From an uncultured Eubacterium sp. (GTDB lineage Bacteria; Bacillota; Clostridia; Lachnospirales; Lachnospiraceae): DNA of 64,000 bases. Below, in pieces: positions 1 to 9,293 of this stretch. Under the pieces are notes generated by a model, which had not been told where the DNA came from, searched no databases, and saw only the letters and a list, made by a program, of their open reading frames with translations. A program made the translations under genes and the position numbers. Every line of letters starts with the position of its first letter. The first letter of the stretch is position 1. Where the stretch lies: assembly GCA_910584065.1 (NCBI GenBank), contig CAJTZN010000015.1, positions 748 through 64,747 of the forward strand, written 5' to 3'.

Positions 1-151
1 TTCCTGCTGTCAGAACTGACCGGGCCGTCGCATAAGAAAACCGCATACCCTGACTCGTCAAATGGTTGATGATCCGTTTTGTTTCACTGGATACCGTCTG
101 ACTGCTCGTAAGTAAAGTTCCATCTAAATCCGATACATACAATGTTTTCAT
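1..151 (-). CDS. Cof-type HAD hydrolase, 5' part only (runs off window start)
   Basis: Manual translation MKTLYVSDLDGTLLTSSQTVS...FSYATARS shows HAD motif I (DxDGT) and motif II (ATAR); purine-rich RBS upstream. Confidence 0.85.
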   Translation of the reverse strand, partial: MKTLYVSDLDGTLLTSSQTVSSETKRIINHLTSQGMRFSYATARSVLTAG

Positions 152-254
152 TTCTCCCTCATTTCTACAGGGTGAGTACTATTTCTCTTCACTTTACCCG
201 CTCTCTTTCTTTAACCTGCTCCATATCTGTATAATAAAGAACTCTTTAATCCTT

Positions 255-1016
255 TCATTCCACAACATATCGCGCCAGTTCTAATGCTATATCGAAATGA
301 CCGACGTCGTGCTGGGTTCCTTTGGTTTGCCCTTCTTTTCGTCTGGTATCCCATTTGGGTGCGTCAAGAAGATCACCACTCGTAAAGAATGTATATAAAT
401 TTAGTCCTCTGAAATCGCACATTGCCTGCAAAGCAGCGCATTCCATTTCTACCGAAATACAGCCTTCCGCTTTGTGCTTTTCAAAGTTATTGACGGTTTC
501 CCTGTAAAAAGAATCGGTTGTCCATGTTTTTCCCTTCACATAAGGAATTCCGTTTTCTTTCATAAAATCGGCAACGATGTCCGCATTCTTTATAGTTACA
601 TAATCCGATGCAGGTGCATAATGGTAGGAAGTACCTTCATCTCGATAAGCTTGTGTAGGTATCATAACCTTTCCATGTGCTATTTCCTTATTCAAACAAC
701 CTGCACCACCAAATACGATATATTTGTTTGTCCTTATTTCTGATAACGTATCCTCTACCGTACCAACACACGCGGGCGCTCCCACATAAGTTTTATAAAA
801 TGCAAATTTCTTTCCCTTATAATCGATACAATAAATCGGGGTTTTTCCTGTTGCGAACCAAAATGCTGCGATCTGCCTGCAATCGTAATTAGCCAGGACA
901 AATTCTTCGATCACATGCGAAAAAGTCAAAATACACGCATCGACTTGCGGCGCATTTTCATTGACATGCGGATTAATGATCGCTGCTGATCGATCGTCAA
1001 AAGTTTCTGTTATCAT
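255..1016 (-). CDS. Nucleoside phosphorylase (PNP/UDP family)
   Basis: Motifs GAPA, GGAG, RDEGTSYHY, TWTTD..YRET and VEMECAA. Start placed at MITETF behind a GGGAG RBS, not at the ORF-track start 1262. Confidence 0.85.
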   Translation of the reverse strand: MITETFDDRSAAIINPHVNENAPQVDACILTFSHVIEEFVLANYDCRQIAAFWFATGKTPIYCIDYKGKKFAFYKTYVGAPACVGTVEDTLSEIRTNKYIVFGGAGCLNKEIAHGKVMIPTQAYRDEGTSYHYAPASDYVTIKNADIVADFMKENGIPYVKGKTWTTDSFYRETVNNFEKHKAEGCISVEMECAALQAMCDFRGLNLYTFFTSGDLLDAPKWDTRRKEGQTKGTQHDVGHFDIALELARYVVE

Positions 1017-1097
1017 GTTTCTTCTCCCTTGAAATAAATTTTGATTTCCGAAACCAGTCCACATCGTCATTTCGTCATTTTTTATTTTTAAATGGCA

Positions 1098-1142
1098 GCA
1101 AAAAACAGCCTTCTTTGTATCAATACAAATGCCGGCTGTTTT
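1098..1142 (-). terminator. Probable intrinsic terminator
   Basis: AAAACAGCC...GGCTGTTTT stem with an inner TTTGTA/TACAAA stem and a U-tract on the minus strand. Confidence 0.55.
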
Positions 1143-1224
1143 ACTATGCTTTCCGGGATAATATGAAACCCTACCGTAAACGGCAGGAATTTCTAATGCT
1201 CTCAATCCATTTACGACATACCAA

Positions 1225-1395
1225 CATATGCGTTCTCTATAACGGGAGAAAACCGTCAGCATCTACTTGCCCCAGCTTTCGTGCTGCAACTCAGGAGGGA
1301 TCATATATTTACTCTACTAGTACCGTTTCTCAGCAAACACGGCTCTCTGTGACTTTCGAAATAAATATACTGTCTCCGTCATCGTCTTTATGATT
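1225..1395 (-). promoter_or_regulatory. 5' half of a T-box leader (stem I, stem II and IIA/B region); antiterminator not found
   Basis: Minus strand reads GACGATGACGGAGACAGTA...CAGAGAGCCGTGTTTGCTGAGAAACGG...GATCCCTCCTGAG...CCCGTTA, giving the GA motif, AGUA, AG-bulge, GNUGA loop and CCGUUA. Confidence 0.75.
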
Positions 1396-1409
1396 TCGAA
1401 TTATGGACT

Positions 1410-1438
1410 ATTATATAGCGAATACATATCCTTGTCAA
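1410..1438 (-). promoter_or_regulatory. SigA-type promoter
   Basis: Perfect TTGACA-17 bp-TATAAT on the minus strand, directly upstream of the T-box-like leader. Confidence 0.8.
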
Positions 1439-1544
1439 GGAATTTTTAACGCAATTATTCGCTCATTCTGCTTTTATTTTCATGCTCCGTTTTATGCCTG
1501 TATTTTTCTTCAGCAGCTTTTTATATAATGACAGCTTCTTTTTG

Positions 1545-3433
1545 CGTCATAGGTTCCGATCAGGGCGCCATTGATGCTGGCTCGGATCGTGGCCCCGTCC
1601 CCTTCCAGCGCGATCCGGTTCCACTGATCCGGGCCAGACTGGAAACTATCCTCTTCGCCCACGGTACCGGAGAGAACAACCTTGTTTTTACGGTACAGTT
1701 CCCATTCACCTGTCGCAAATACTTTCAGTGTATAACCGGAACTTTCCTCGATCTTATGGGAACCCCCGGTCTGCCGGATGGCAACTGCGCCGTAAGGAGA
1801 ATAGCGGCGCAGTGTGTTCTTCGCTCCCGGATACATCCAGCGTCGTTACCGTGACGATCGAATACGGCTTGACCGTTACCGCGTATGTTCCGTCTTCTGC
1901 CGCCGCAGCCGCGCCGGTATATTTCATGTAATTTTCATTGAACGGAGCGTTTTCGCCGGCGGCTCTTGTTTCCCATACATGCAGGCCGTTTTGTTCGCCT
2001 ATGTTCATATTTTTTACCGTTATGTCATACTGCATTTCGTATTCGCTGTCGTTTACGATGACGGTGGAAAAATGATCCTTTTCCGGCGATGCCAGTGTCA
2101 TATAATTTTCGCCGCCGTTTCGCCCGTCTACCGGATTGGTTCCCGCTGCGGCCGACTTGCACGCCTCGGGGATCGCACGCCAGATCCCCGCGGTGTTCTG
2201 CTCGTTTTCCCATCCGGTTTTTGCAAATTTGCTCAGATGGGCCAGTACGAGCAGGCCGGCATCGTAGTGAATAAAGCCGGACCACGGATCCCTCGCGCTC
2301 ACTAACTCCTTAAACGAATACTGCCCGCCTTCATAAAACGAACCGATCGCGGGCTGGTAGATGACATGGGATCGTCTGGATTTGACAAATCCCTTTATAA
2401 ACGTATTTCCCATTTCCAGACAACTGCCGGCACCCCCGATACCGGTTCCAGCAACGGACGGGCTTTTCATATTGTTGGAGGGCCGGAACGCCGAGTTCGA
2501 AAACGTGGCCTGCGCCTCACTGTTCCACACCTCCTTATCCATCTGCTCAGCCAGCCAGGTCATTCCCCCGTTTGCGTCATCATAAGGACTGTAGTGGTAT
2601 CCCACGACAGATACGGCATTAAAGAAATCCTCGTCGGCTTTTAACTGTTCGGATACGGCAGAAGATACCGTTCCCGCTTCGTCGGAAACGATGAGTTTGA
2701 TCTTTTGGAACAGACCGCGCGCGGTATCGTCCGGTATCGTCTGTTCCGTTTCGGCAGCGATCCAGCCCGCAAACTTTTTCGTGAACGCAACATCGGTCTT
2801 ACCGCGCCATCTCTCATTTATATTGGGGTTGATGTAATCAACCATAAATCCGTACGTCTCATAGGCCTGCAAAATGGTTTCCTTGTACCATGTATAAATA
2901 ACCTCATCTGTTTTTACCCAGGCGGGCTGATTCCAGCGCAGTATGCTGACTTTTACACCGGGATTGATCTTCTTGGCGTCCGCCGCCAGCTGCCAGCCCG
3001 GGTTGCGCCTTACATTCGCCGCTTCCTCCCTGCTGCGTTTCGTGGCAGATTCCGGCCCGGTAGAATTATTGCGGTCATTCCCCATCTCCAGCTTTACATG
3101 GTTCATGATCGGGTACTCCCCGCCGAACAGATACTGCATGAGGCGGGCATAGGCTTGTGGATTCTCCGCTTTATAATCCATGAGAAGATCGCTTGTGGAA
3201 TTGCCGCTCAGCAGACCGAATCCTTTAAACGTCAGGCCGTTAACATTTTCGGTCCGGATCTGGTCCCCGTCTACCGTTACGCTCCCTTTCCGTATGTTCG
3301 CGGCCTTTGCTTCTGCGTCTTTGGGAGAAGCTTCTGCGGCGCTTCCTCCAGCCGGCCGCGCCAGCAAAACATCTCCCACCAAAAGCGAGAACATAAGTAT
3401 TCCTGCAAAAAATCGTTTTCTACTTGTCTTCAT
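1545..3433 (-). pseudogene. Secreted GH59-like glycoside hydrolase with intact catalytic region and a disrupted C-terminal part
   Basis: Signal peptide, GFGLLSGNSTS, KLEMGND, NE and WNSE clan-A glutamates. The frame breaks near 1800, and a beta-rich segment (AIRQTGGSHK...WNRIALE) continues in another frame until about 1545. Confidence 0.65.
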
Positions 3434-3530
3434 GCAAATGCCTCCTTCTTCTGTCTTTGTATGTTAATCATATAAAAAAAGGAGAAGGAACACAATCTGA
3501 AATTATTCACAAAATCCTAAAATATGAACA

Positions 3531-4352
3531 TCATAGGATGATGGGCGTCTTCATTTTGCGGTACTGACCCGGGGAAACGCCCTCATGTTTTTTGAATACC
3601 GTCCCAAAGTACGCAGGATCTTCGTATCCCGTCTGCCTGCTGATCTCCGCGATGCTCTTATTCGTTTGGCAGAGCAGCACTTTTGCCTCCAACAACCGTT
3701 TCTGCGTCAGGTACTCCATCGGCCGCATCCCGGTTTCCTGACGGAACACGCGGCAAAAATGCTGGGGGGATATGTGGCACAGGGCGGCAAGCTCCCCCAG
3801 GCTGATCTCCCTGTCGTAGTGTTCGTTCATATAAATCAGCCCGGCGTCGATCACGCGCTGGGAGCAGGCGTTGTCGCCATCAAACAGCAGCGCCCGCCGG
3901 ACAGCCATAATATATTGATAGATGAGCAGGGAACAGGTTTCATTTCCCCGGACGGGATTGCGGGCGGACGCAAGGATATTTTCAAATATTCTCTCGATCG
4001 GCTGGATGTCGGCCACGTTCCGGCTTAGAAAGGGCGGGAACTCCAAGTCCTGCATCGTCTGCCGCAAGTTGTTTCCCCGAAAGACCACCCAGGCGGTCGT
4101 CCAATTGTCCTCCACCGGGTAATATTCGTGGGGGATGCCGGGCATGATATAAAAGACGGATCCCTCTTTGAGCCGCAGGGATTGGCCGCCGGCAAACAGC
4201 TGTCCCTCTCCTTCTCCGGTAAATAGGATTTGGTGGGAGTAAAGACCTTTGGGGCGGTTAATGTGATTTTCGGGGGAGGATATTCCGATCCCTGTCAGAT
4301 AGAAGGGAAAACAGCTCTGTTTTCCGATTACCGGGTAAATTGCATCCTGCAT
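3531..4352 (-). CDS. AraC family transcriptional regulator
   Basis: N-terminal cupin (PGIPHEY) plus a C-terminal double HTH (ISLGELA...GYEDPAYF..FKK..GVSPGQYR). Confidence 0.93.
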   Translation of the reverse strand: MQDAIYPVIGKQSCFPFYLTGIGISSPENHINRPKGLYSHQILFTGEGEGQLFAGGQSLRLKEGSVFYIMPGIPHEYYPVEDNWTTAWVVFRGNNLRQTMQDLEFPPFLSRNVADIQPIERIFENILASARNPVRGNETCSLLIYQYIMAVRRALLFDGDNACSQRVIDAGLIYMNEHYDREISLGELAALCHISPQHFCRVFRQETGMRPMEYLTQKRLLEAKVLLCQTNKSIAEISRQTGYEDPAYFGTVFKKHEGVSPGQYRKMKTPIIL

Positions 4353-4475
4353 AAGATCCTCATTTCTGTGCGGCAGCCAATTGATAACCGTTTGCTGTCA
4401 GGCACGATTGATTCTGATATTTATTATAAATGAAGATCAGGGGGGATGGCAATATTTTTGTGAAAAGGGATCAGT

Positions 4476-7256
4476 TTACAATTCTTCTATTAAATCCATC
4501 AGTAGTTTACAGGTTCGTAAGTCTATATCTTCCCGTTTCATCTTAATTTTGCTCTTTTTAATTTTATATTGATCGACATACACTTTATTCTTCGTGTCGG
4601 CCCTGCACAAAATCTTTTGCCGCACTTCTGCTGCAACCTCTCCCTTTTTTGTCTTAAGGGTCATTAAACAGCCTTTCTCTCTATGCGTCTTATCCGCTTT
4701 ACAATGGAAATAGTACTGTTCATTTGACTTGATATGGTTCCGCCCTTTTTTAGTTCGTCTATATTTCTGATAATACTTATATATGATATTTCCCTTCTTG
4801 TCAAAATACATAGAAATCATTCCGCATTTTCCTATCGTCGAATAACCTTTACCCGTCGGTGACAGTATACCTGATTTCCTTGGCTTGGCACTATATTCGT
4901 TTTTCACGATTTTGATCGTGATCGTGGTTTTCTGCCCGCCATATTCCGCCGTCAGCGTTGTTTTTCCGTATTTCTTTCCCTTGATAACGGCAATTGAGCT
5001 TTTACCCTTCTTATTTGTCTTTATTGTGGTTATTTCAGCTATATTTGTGTTACCAATGGCCCAATTAACAGGGTTTTTCTCTCTTTTTAAGTTATATCCA
5101 AGTAATGTAACTTCTTCTGAACGTCCTTTCGTCACAGGCAGTGCCGCTCCGTTTACGCTTGAGGACGTTTTGTAACGATATCTGTCTACTTTGATCCCCA
5201 TTCTACAATGTGGCTTTTCAGTCGGCTCTTCAGGTTCTTCAGGTTTTGCCGTCGATCCCTCATCCGGTTTTACGTCTGGTTTACTGCTCGGTTCGGTTGT
5301 TGGATTAATATCCGGCTTCTCACTCGGTTTCGCTGTCGTTTCTCCATCCGGTTTTACTTCTGGTTTACTGCTCGGTTCGGTTGTTGGATCAATATCCGGC
5401 TTCTCACTCGGTTTTGCCGTCAATTCTCCTGTCTGAACCGGATTTGCCGTAGTTTGCGGCACAGCACTTGTCTCAGACTTCTGTGTGCTTCCCGGTTCCG
5501 TAGGCTGCGGAGACGCCTCCTCTTTTTCTCCCCCTCCCGAGATAACTGTACCAGCGTATAACCAGCTTGAGGTAGATATGGCATCTAACGATGACTTAAG
5601 ATTCAAATGCAAAGCGGGGCGAACACCAACACTATCATCGCTGACACTGATGCCATACCGGTGCACGTGGCCACTGCTATCCACGAGGGTGGCATCGTCA
5701 CTATAGTGGCCCAGCGACCGCAGCCACCACTCGCCATTCCCTGCGTACACTGTAGATGTACTTGTATATGCTCCCTGCCCTTCTGCATATCCCGTATTTT
5801 TTGCCCTTCTGTTTTCATTATACTTATTGTAATCTGAAGAAAGCCCATAACCCGGATTCTTCACCTCATCTAAAGACAAAAGATACACCTTGTCTGACGT
5901 ATCATTACCACCTTCTGTATTATATTTAGGATTATTTTTATTTGCTACATTTGTAGTCCGAATAGCTGATCGTTCCCCTGCTGCAAACGCATTAATAAGA
6001 AAGTTATTACTACTGTAATCCTTACCTTCTTTGTTTGCCCCAGTCCCATAACCATTCAACCAGCTCCTTATCGTACACGTTTCCCATGTAACACTTATAC
6101 CCGTATCATTGTATATATCCGTATCATTGTACTCTTGGCAATCCAGATTTTTATCTGCGATTAAAAACGCATCCTCCCCATCCACTGAAAGCACCCGCCA
6201 CTTGATCGGCTGCTTGGTATCGTTTTTATCTGCCTTCCCATCCCCATTCGTATCTTCCTGCCAATAATTCCCGAACCACACGCAGTCCCATTCAACTTTA
6301 TCATCCGAGGTAGCGATACCTGCATATGACCAGCTTGAGGTAGATATGGCATCTGACGATGCCTTAAGATTTAAATGCAAGGCGGGGCGAACACCAACAT
6401 TATCAGTGTAGACATAATTGCCACTCCGGTACACGTAGCCACTGATAAGCACGTAGGCGGCATTGCTACGACCATCGCCCGGCGACCGCAGCCACCAATC
6501 ATCGCTACTTCCAGCACTATCCCTGTCACTGGAATCTATTTCTCCTCCCTCTGCCACATAGGCGGTGTTCACTGCATTTCTCGTCGCTGTTACATCTATA
6601 TCAGAAGTAAACCCATATGCCGGATTCATCACTTCATCCATCGACAGCAGGTAAACTTTATCTAATGTATCACTCCCACCCTCGGTACCGTACTCAGAAT
6701 TGTCATTATTTATCACCTTTGTAGTCTTTATCGCCGACTGTTCCTCTTCCGTAAATGCATTATTGAGGAAATTATTATCTCCGTAATCCTTCCCGCTACT
6801 ATTCGCTTCCGCCCCATAGCCGTTCAGCCAGCTGCGCATCGTACATGTCTCCCATGTTACATCTGTACTTGTATCATTATATCTCTGCACATCAATGTTT
6901 TTATCCGCCAGTAGAAACACGTCGTCTCCGTCCACCGACAGCACCCTCCACTTGATTGGCTGCTTCTCATCATTTTTATCCGCTTTCCCATCTCCATTCG
7001 TATCCCCCTGCCAGTAGTTACCGAACCAGATACTGTCCCAGGTGGTGATTCCTTCTTCTGTGGTTGGATTTTTCAACTCTCTCTGCCCGCCTGATCCGGG
7101 CGCCACTTCCTGAGTGCCTTTGAGTATGCGGGGATTCCGGAGCACAGGCCGCTCCGCCGCCCGGCTTCCCACCCCTTCTTTCATCGGCAGTACGCCAGAG
7201 AACAGCGCTGCGATGAGTAATAATGCGACTCTTCGTTTCAATCCAGTTACTTTCAT
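4476..7256 (-). CDS. Secreted protein with two DUF6273-like domains, a Pro/Thr/Lys/Glu linker, and an Ig-like plus Lys-rich C-terminus
   Basis: Signal peptide; two copies of WFGNYWQ.DTNGDGKAD..QPIKWRVL...TWETC..RSWLN...DKVYLLS...WWLRS.G...GVRPALHLNL; GGAGG RBS. Confidence 0.85.
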   Translation of the reverse strand: MKVTGLKRRVALLLIAALFSGVLPMKEGVGSRAAERPVLRNPRILKGTQEVAPGSGGQRELKNPTTEEGITTWDSIWFGNYWQGDTNGDGKADKNDEKQPIKWRVLSVDGDDVFLLADKNIDVQRYNDTSTDVTWETCTMRSWLNGYGAEANSSGKDYGDNNFLNNAFTEEEQSAIKTTKVINNDNSEYGTEGGSDTLDKVYLLSMDEVMNPAYGFTSDIDVTATRNAVNTAYVAEGGEIDSSDRDSAGSSDDWWLRSPGDGRSNAAYVLISGYVYRSGNYVYTDNVGVRPALHLNLKASSDAISTSSWSYAGIATSDDKVEWDCVWFGNYWQEDTNGDGKADKNDTKQPIKWRVLSVDGEDAFLIADKNLDCQEYNDTDIYNDTGISVTWETCTIRSWLNGYGTGANKEGKDYSSNNFLINAFAAGERSAIRTTNVANKNNPKYNTEGGNDTSDKVYLLSLDEVKNPGYGLSSDYNKYNENRRAKNTGYAEGQGAYTSTSTVYAGNGEWWLRSLGHYSDDATLVDSSGHVHRYGISVSDDSVGVRPALHLNLKSSLDAISTSSWLYAGTVISGGGEKEEASPQPTEPGSTQKSETSAVPQTTANPVQTGELTAKPSEKPDIDPTTEPSSKPEVKPDGETTAKPSEKPDINPTTEPSSKPDVKPDEGSTAKPEEPEEPTEKPHCRMGIKVDRYRYKTSSSVNGAALPVTKGRSEEVTLLGYNLKREKNPVNWAIGNTNIAEITTIKTNKKGKSSIAVIKGKKYGKTTLTAEYGGQKTTITIKIVKNEYSAKPRKSGILSPTGKGYSTIGKCGMISMYFDKKGNIIYKYYQKYRRTKKGRNHIKSNEQYYFHCKADKTHREKGCLMTLKTKKGEVAAEVRQKILCRADTKNKVYVDQYKIKKSKIKMKREDIDLRTCKLLMDLIEEL
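5241..5420 (-). repeat. Intragenic 84-bp (28-aa) tandem repeat in the linker
   Basis: TAKPSEKPDI(D/N)PTTEPSSKP(E/D)VKPD occurs twice, followed by a partial third copy. Confidence 0.85.
5613..5729 (-). other. Putative DGR variable region 2
   Basis: Codon comparison with 6381-6497 shows differences almost only at positions 1-2 of NNY codons. Confidence 0.7.
6381..6497 (-). other. Putative DGR variable region 1
   Basis: Same comparison as VR2; followed by the perfect hairpin GGCATC-GTCA-GATGCC at 6348-6363. Confidence 0.7.
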
Positions 7257-7257
7257 A

Positions 7258-7394
7258 ATTGATCCTTTTCCTCCTAATTTTTTTATAGAACAATTGTAGC
7301 ACAGTTTATTTTCTATAATCCTACTTTATACTACTTTAGGCGATACGTCAATATAATTTTTAAAACCCCTTGCGGGAGGATCAAGCTAGACATA
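7258..7394 (-). repeat. Promoter/RBS block, copy 1 (copy 2 at 9292-9426)
   Basis: Shared CTACTTTATACTACTTTAGGCGATACGTCAATAT...AAAACCCCT(T)GCGGGAGGATCAAGC, with a TTGACG -35-like box and GGAGG RBS on the minus strand. Confidence 0.85.
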
Positions 7395-7452
7395 AGATAC
7401 ATAGTGCAAAGAATGAGCTTCTAGGACTTCATTTAAGAAAGATAAAAAAGCA

Positions 7453-7585
7453 TTCAAACCCTCCACCACAAAAAACCACAGAAGGCACCATTTTACATCA
7501 CTTTCCGTGGTTTTTAAGTGCATTTCCATATGCACTTTCTGAACGGAGAAGGAAGGATTTGAACCTTTTCCGCAAATTACAAACA
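7453..7585 (-). repeat. att-like junction A: hairpin arm, tRNA-Ser 3' end copy (7544-7565), conserved arm
   Basis: CGGAGAAGGAAGGATTTGAACC matches tRNA 13595-13616 at 21 of 22 nt; flanks are shared with copies B and C. Confidence 0.85.
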
Positions 7586-7588
7586 TCG

Positions 7589-7727
7589 AAATGAACTGAA
7601 ATAACCTTTTGTCGCCACTCCAAAGTGACGTACCCGGAATCTCCCACAGCCATCATCCAAATCCGGATTAATGGCAGGCCCGTCTACAATAATAGATGAA
7701 ACTGCTGTACCATGAAAACAATCATCT
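7589..7727 (-). pseudogene. 139-bp fragment of the S8 protease gene (copy of 10978-11116)
   Basis: 136/139 identical by manual alignment; covers the HGTAVSS catalytic-His region. Confidence 0.92.
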
Positions 7728-7752
7728 TGCCTCTTTCTGTATTATTGTTATA

Positions 7753-8002
7753 TCAGACGTTCTGCAAAAGCTCTTCCCGCAACATCCTTACTTCATCAAT
7801 AGATAATGCCGAACTGCAACGAGCAATCTGTTCTACTGATCTTCCGTTGTATCCTGATCCTCCGGATAAAGTGTCCGGTACAACTGAATCAAGTATTTCT
7901 TATCTTGAAACAAGTCTGTGAATACACTATCCTTAATGGTATGCTTTGCAACCTCTTCATCCTTTATTCGGTTTTCCACTGCATTTGCTTCATTTTTTTC
8001 AT
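7753..8002 (-). pseudogene. Internally deleted Rpn/PD-(D/E)XK-like gene remnant
   Basis: N-terminal KDSVFTDLFQDKKYLIQLYRTLYPED is joined out of frame to C-terminal SVEQIARCSSALSIDEVRMLREEL; there is also a frameshift in an A7 run after the ATG. Confidence 0.55.
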
Positions 8003-8100
8003 TTTGTCACCTCATAAAACCGGACGGCACCTTTCTCAACTTTTATGCCTCATTCCGTTTCAGTTCCCACATCCCGTTGCAGAACTCCGTTCCACTTATT

Positions 8101-9174
8101 CTATAACCACCTTCCCCGGAAGTATACTTTTGTAAAAAGTTCCACATCATAATCACATTTTCTTAAATCCATGTTTTTCTTTTTGATATACTTCTTTGGT
8201 ATGATAACCGTATAGGTGCATTTAGGTTTCTTTAACGTGCAGAATTTTATCTTTTTTACTCTTTTCTCGTAGTTTTTGACTACTTTTTTACCGTTGCATA
8301 TTATTGACATTTTTATGCTATTAGAAGCGTGACACTTTTTCGGGTTTTGACGTAAATATTTTTTTCCGAATTTTGTCCATTTTGTAAGCTCCTGCCCGAA
8401 TTTCACCACAATGTTTCCTTTTTTGTCATATTTTACAGATGCAAATTGGTTCGTAGTTAAAATTGTTTCTCCTACGGCATCCCAGTATTGCGGGCGGGAA
8501 TAACAAACATATTGGTTTTTTGCAGATTTCAGAATGATTTTTGTTGTATATCCTGCGTATTTTGCCGTAAGCGTTGATTTTCCATATTTCTTCGCTTCAA
8601 CTACTACACTGAAACCATAGTCAGTGTTTCCGGTTTTTATTATAGATATGACATCCGGATTGCTCGATGTCCAGTCAACTTCGGTTATCCCGTCTCCATC
8701 TATCCTGAGTTCGCTCTTAAACCCTTTTGTTATTTCAATGACATCTTTTACTGGACAAGATAAAAAGGAGCCCTCCCTTTCAACTTCTACCCACTCTACT
8801 TCCATGGGTGCATCGGTTGGTTCTGGGTATAAAAACCTATTGACTTCGCCTACTCCTTCGTCATACGGCTTCCATCCGGTCGGCGTGTATATCAACACTG
8901 GTGTTTCTTTCATCATCCCATCGGCGTCTTTCAGCCACACATCCCCGATTTTCCATACAACCTTCTCCCATCCGTTTTCCGTGTATACCTCGTAAGTGTC
9001 AGGTGTATCACCGCGTTTCTGCCCGATTACAGGCTCTGCCATCGGTGCGGACGTCATGGTTGGTGCTTCTGTGTGCGCCGATGTAGTTTCCGCCTTCGCC
9101 TTATCTGCTGGTATGGTAATACCGGTAATGGCTAATGCTAATGTTACGACTATTATTGTCAATCTCTTTTTCAT
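8101..9174 (-). CDS. Secreted protein with Ig-like (Big_2-like) and Lys-rich C-terminal domains
   Basis: Signal peptide ending AKA; WTSSNPDV and KKYGKSTLTA motifs; C-terminus similar to that of 4476-7256. Confidence 0.8.
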   Translation of the reverse strand: MKKRLTIIVVTLALAITGITIPADKAKAETTSAHTEAPTMTSAPMAEPVIGQKRGDTPDTYEVYTENGWEKVVWKIGDVWLKDADGMMKETPVLIYTPTGWKPYDEGVGEVNRFLYPEPTDAPMEVEWVEVEREGSFLSCPVKDVIEITKGFKSELRIDGDGITEVDWTSSNPDVISIIKTGNTDYGFSVVVEAKKYGKSTLTAKYAGYTTKIILKSAKNQYVCYSRPQYWDAVGETILTTNQFASVKYDKKGNIVVKFGQELTKWTKFGKKYLRQNPKKCHASNSIKMSIICNGKKVVKNYEKRVKKIKFCTLKKPKCTYTVIIPKKYIKKKNMDLRKCDYDVELFTKVYFRGRWL

Positions 9175-9200
9175 GGTATATTACTCCTTTTCATTTTATT

Positions 9201-9293
9201 TTATTGCAGAATGGTTACAATCCGATGCCGACAGGTTTTACATCGTTTTCTCCCGAACCCTTCGTAATATACAATTACATCCATATCATTCAT
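9201..9293 (-). CDS. Possible 30-aa small protein
   Basis: MNDMDVIVYYEGFGRKRCKTCRHRIVTILQ behind a GGAGG RBS in promoter block copy 2. Confidence 0.35.
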   Translation of the reverse strand: MNDMDVIVYYEGFGRKRCKTCRHRIVTILQ

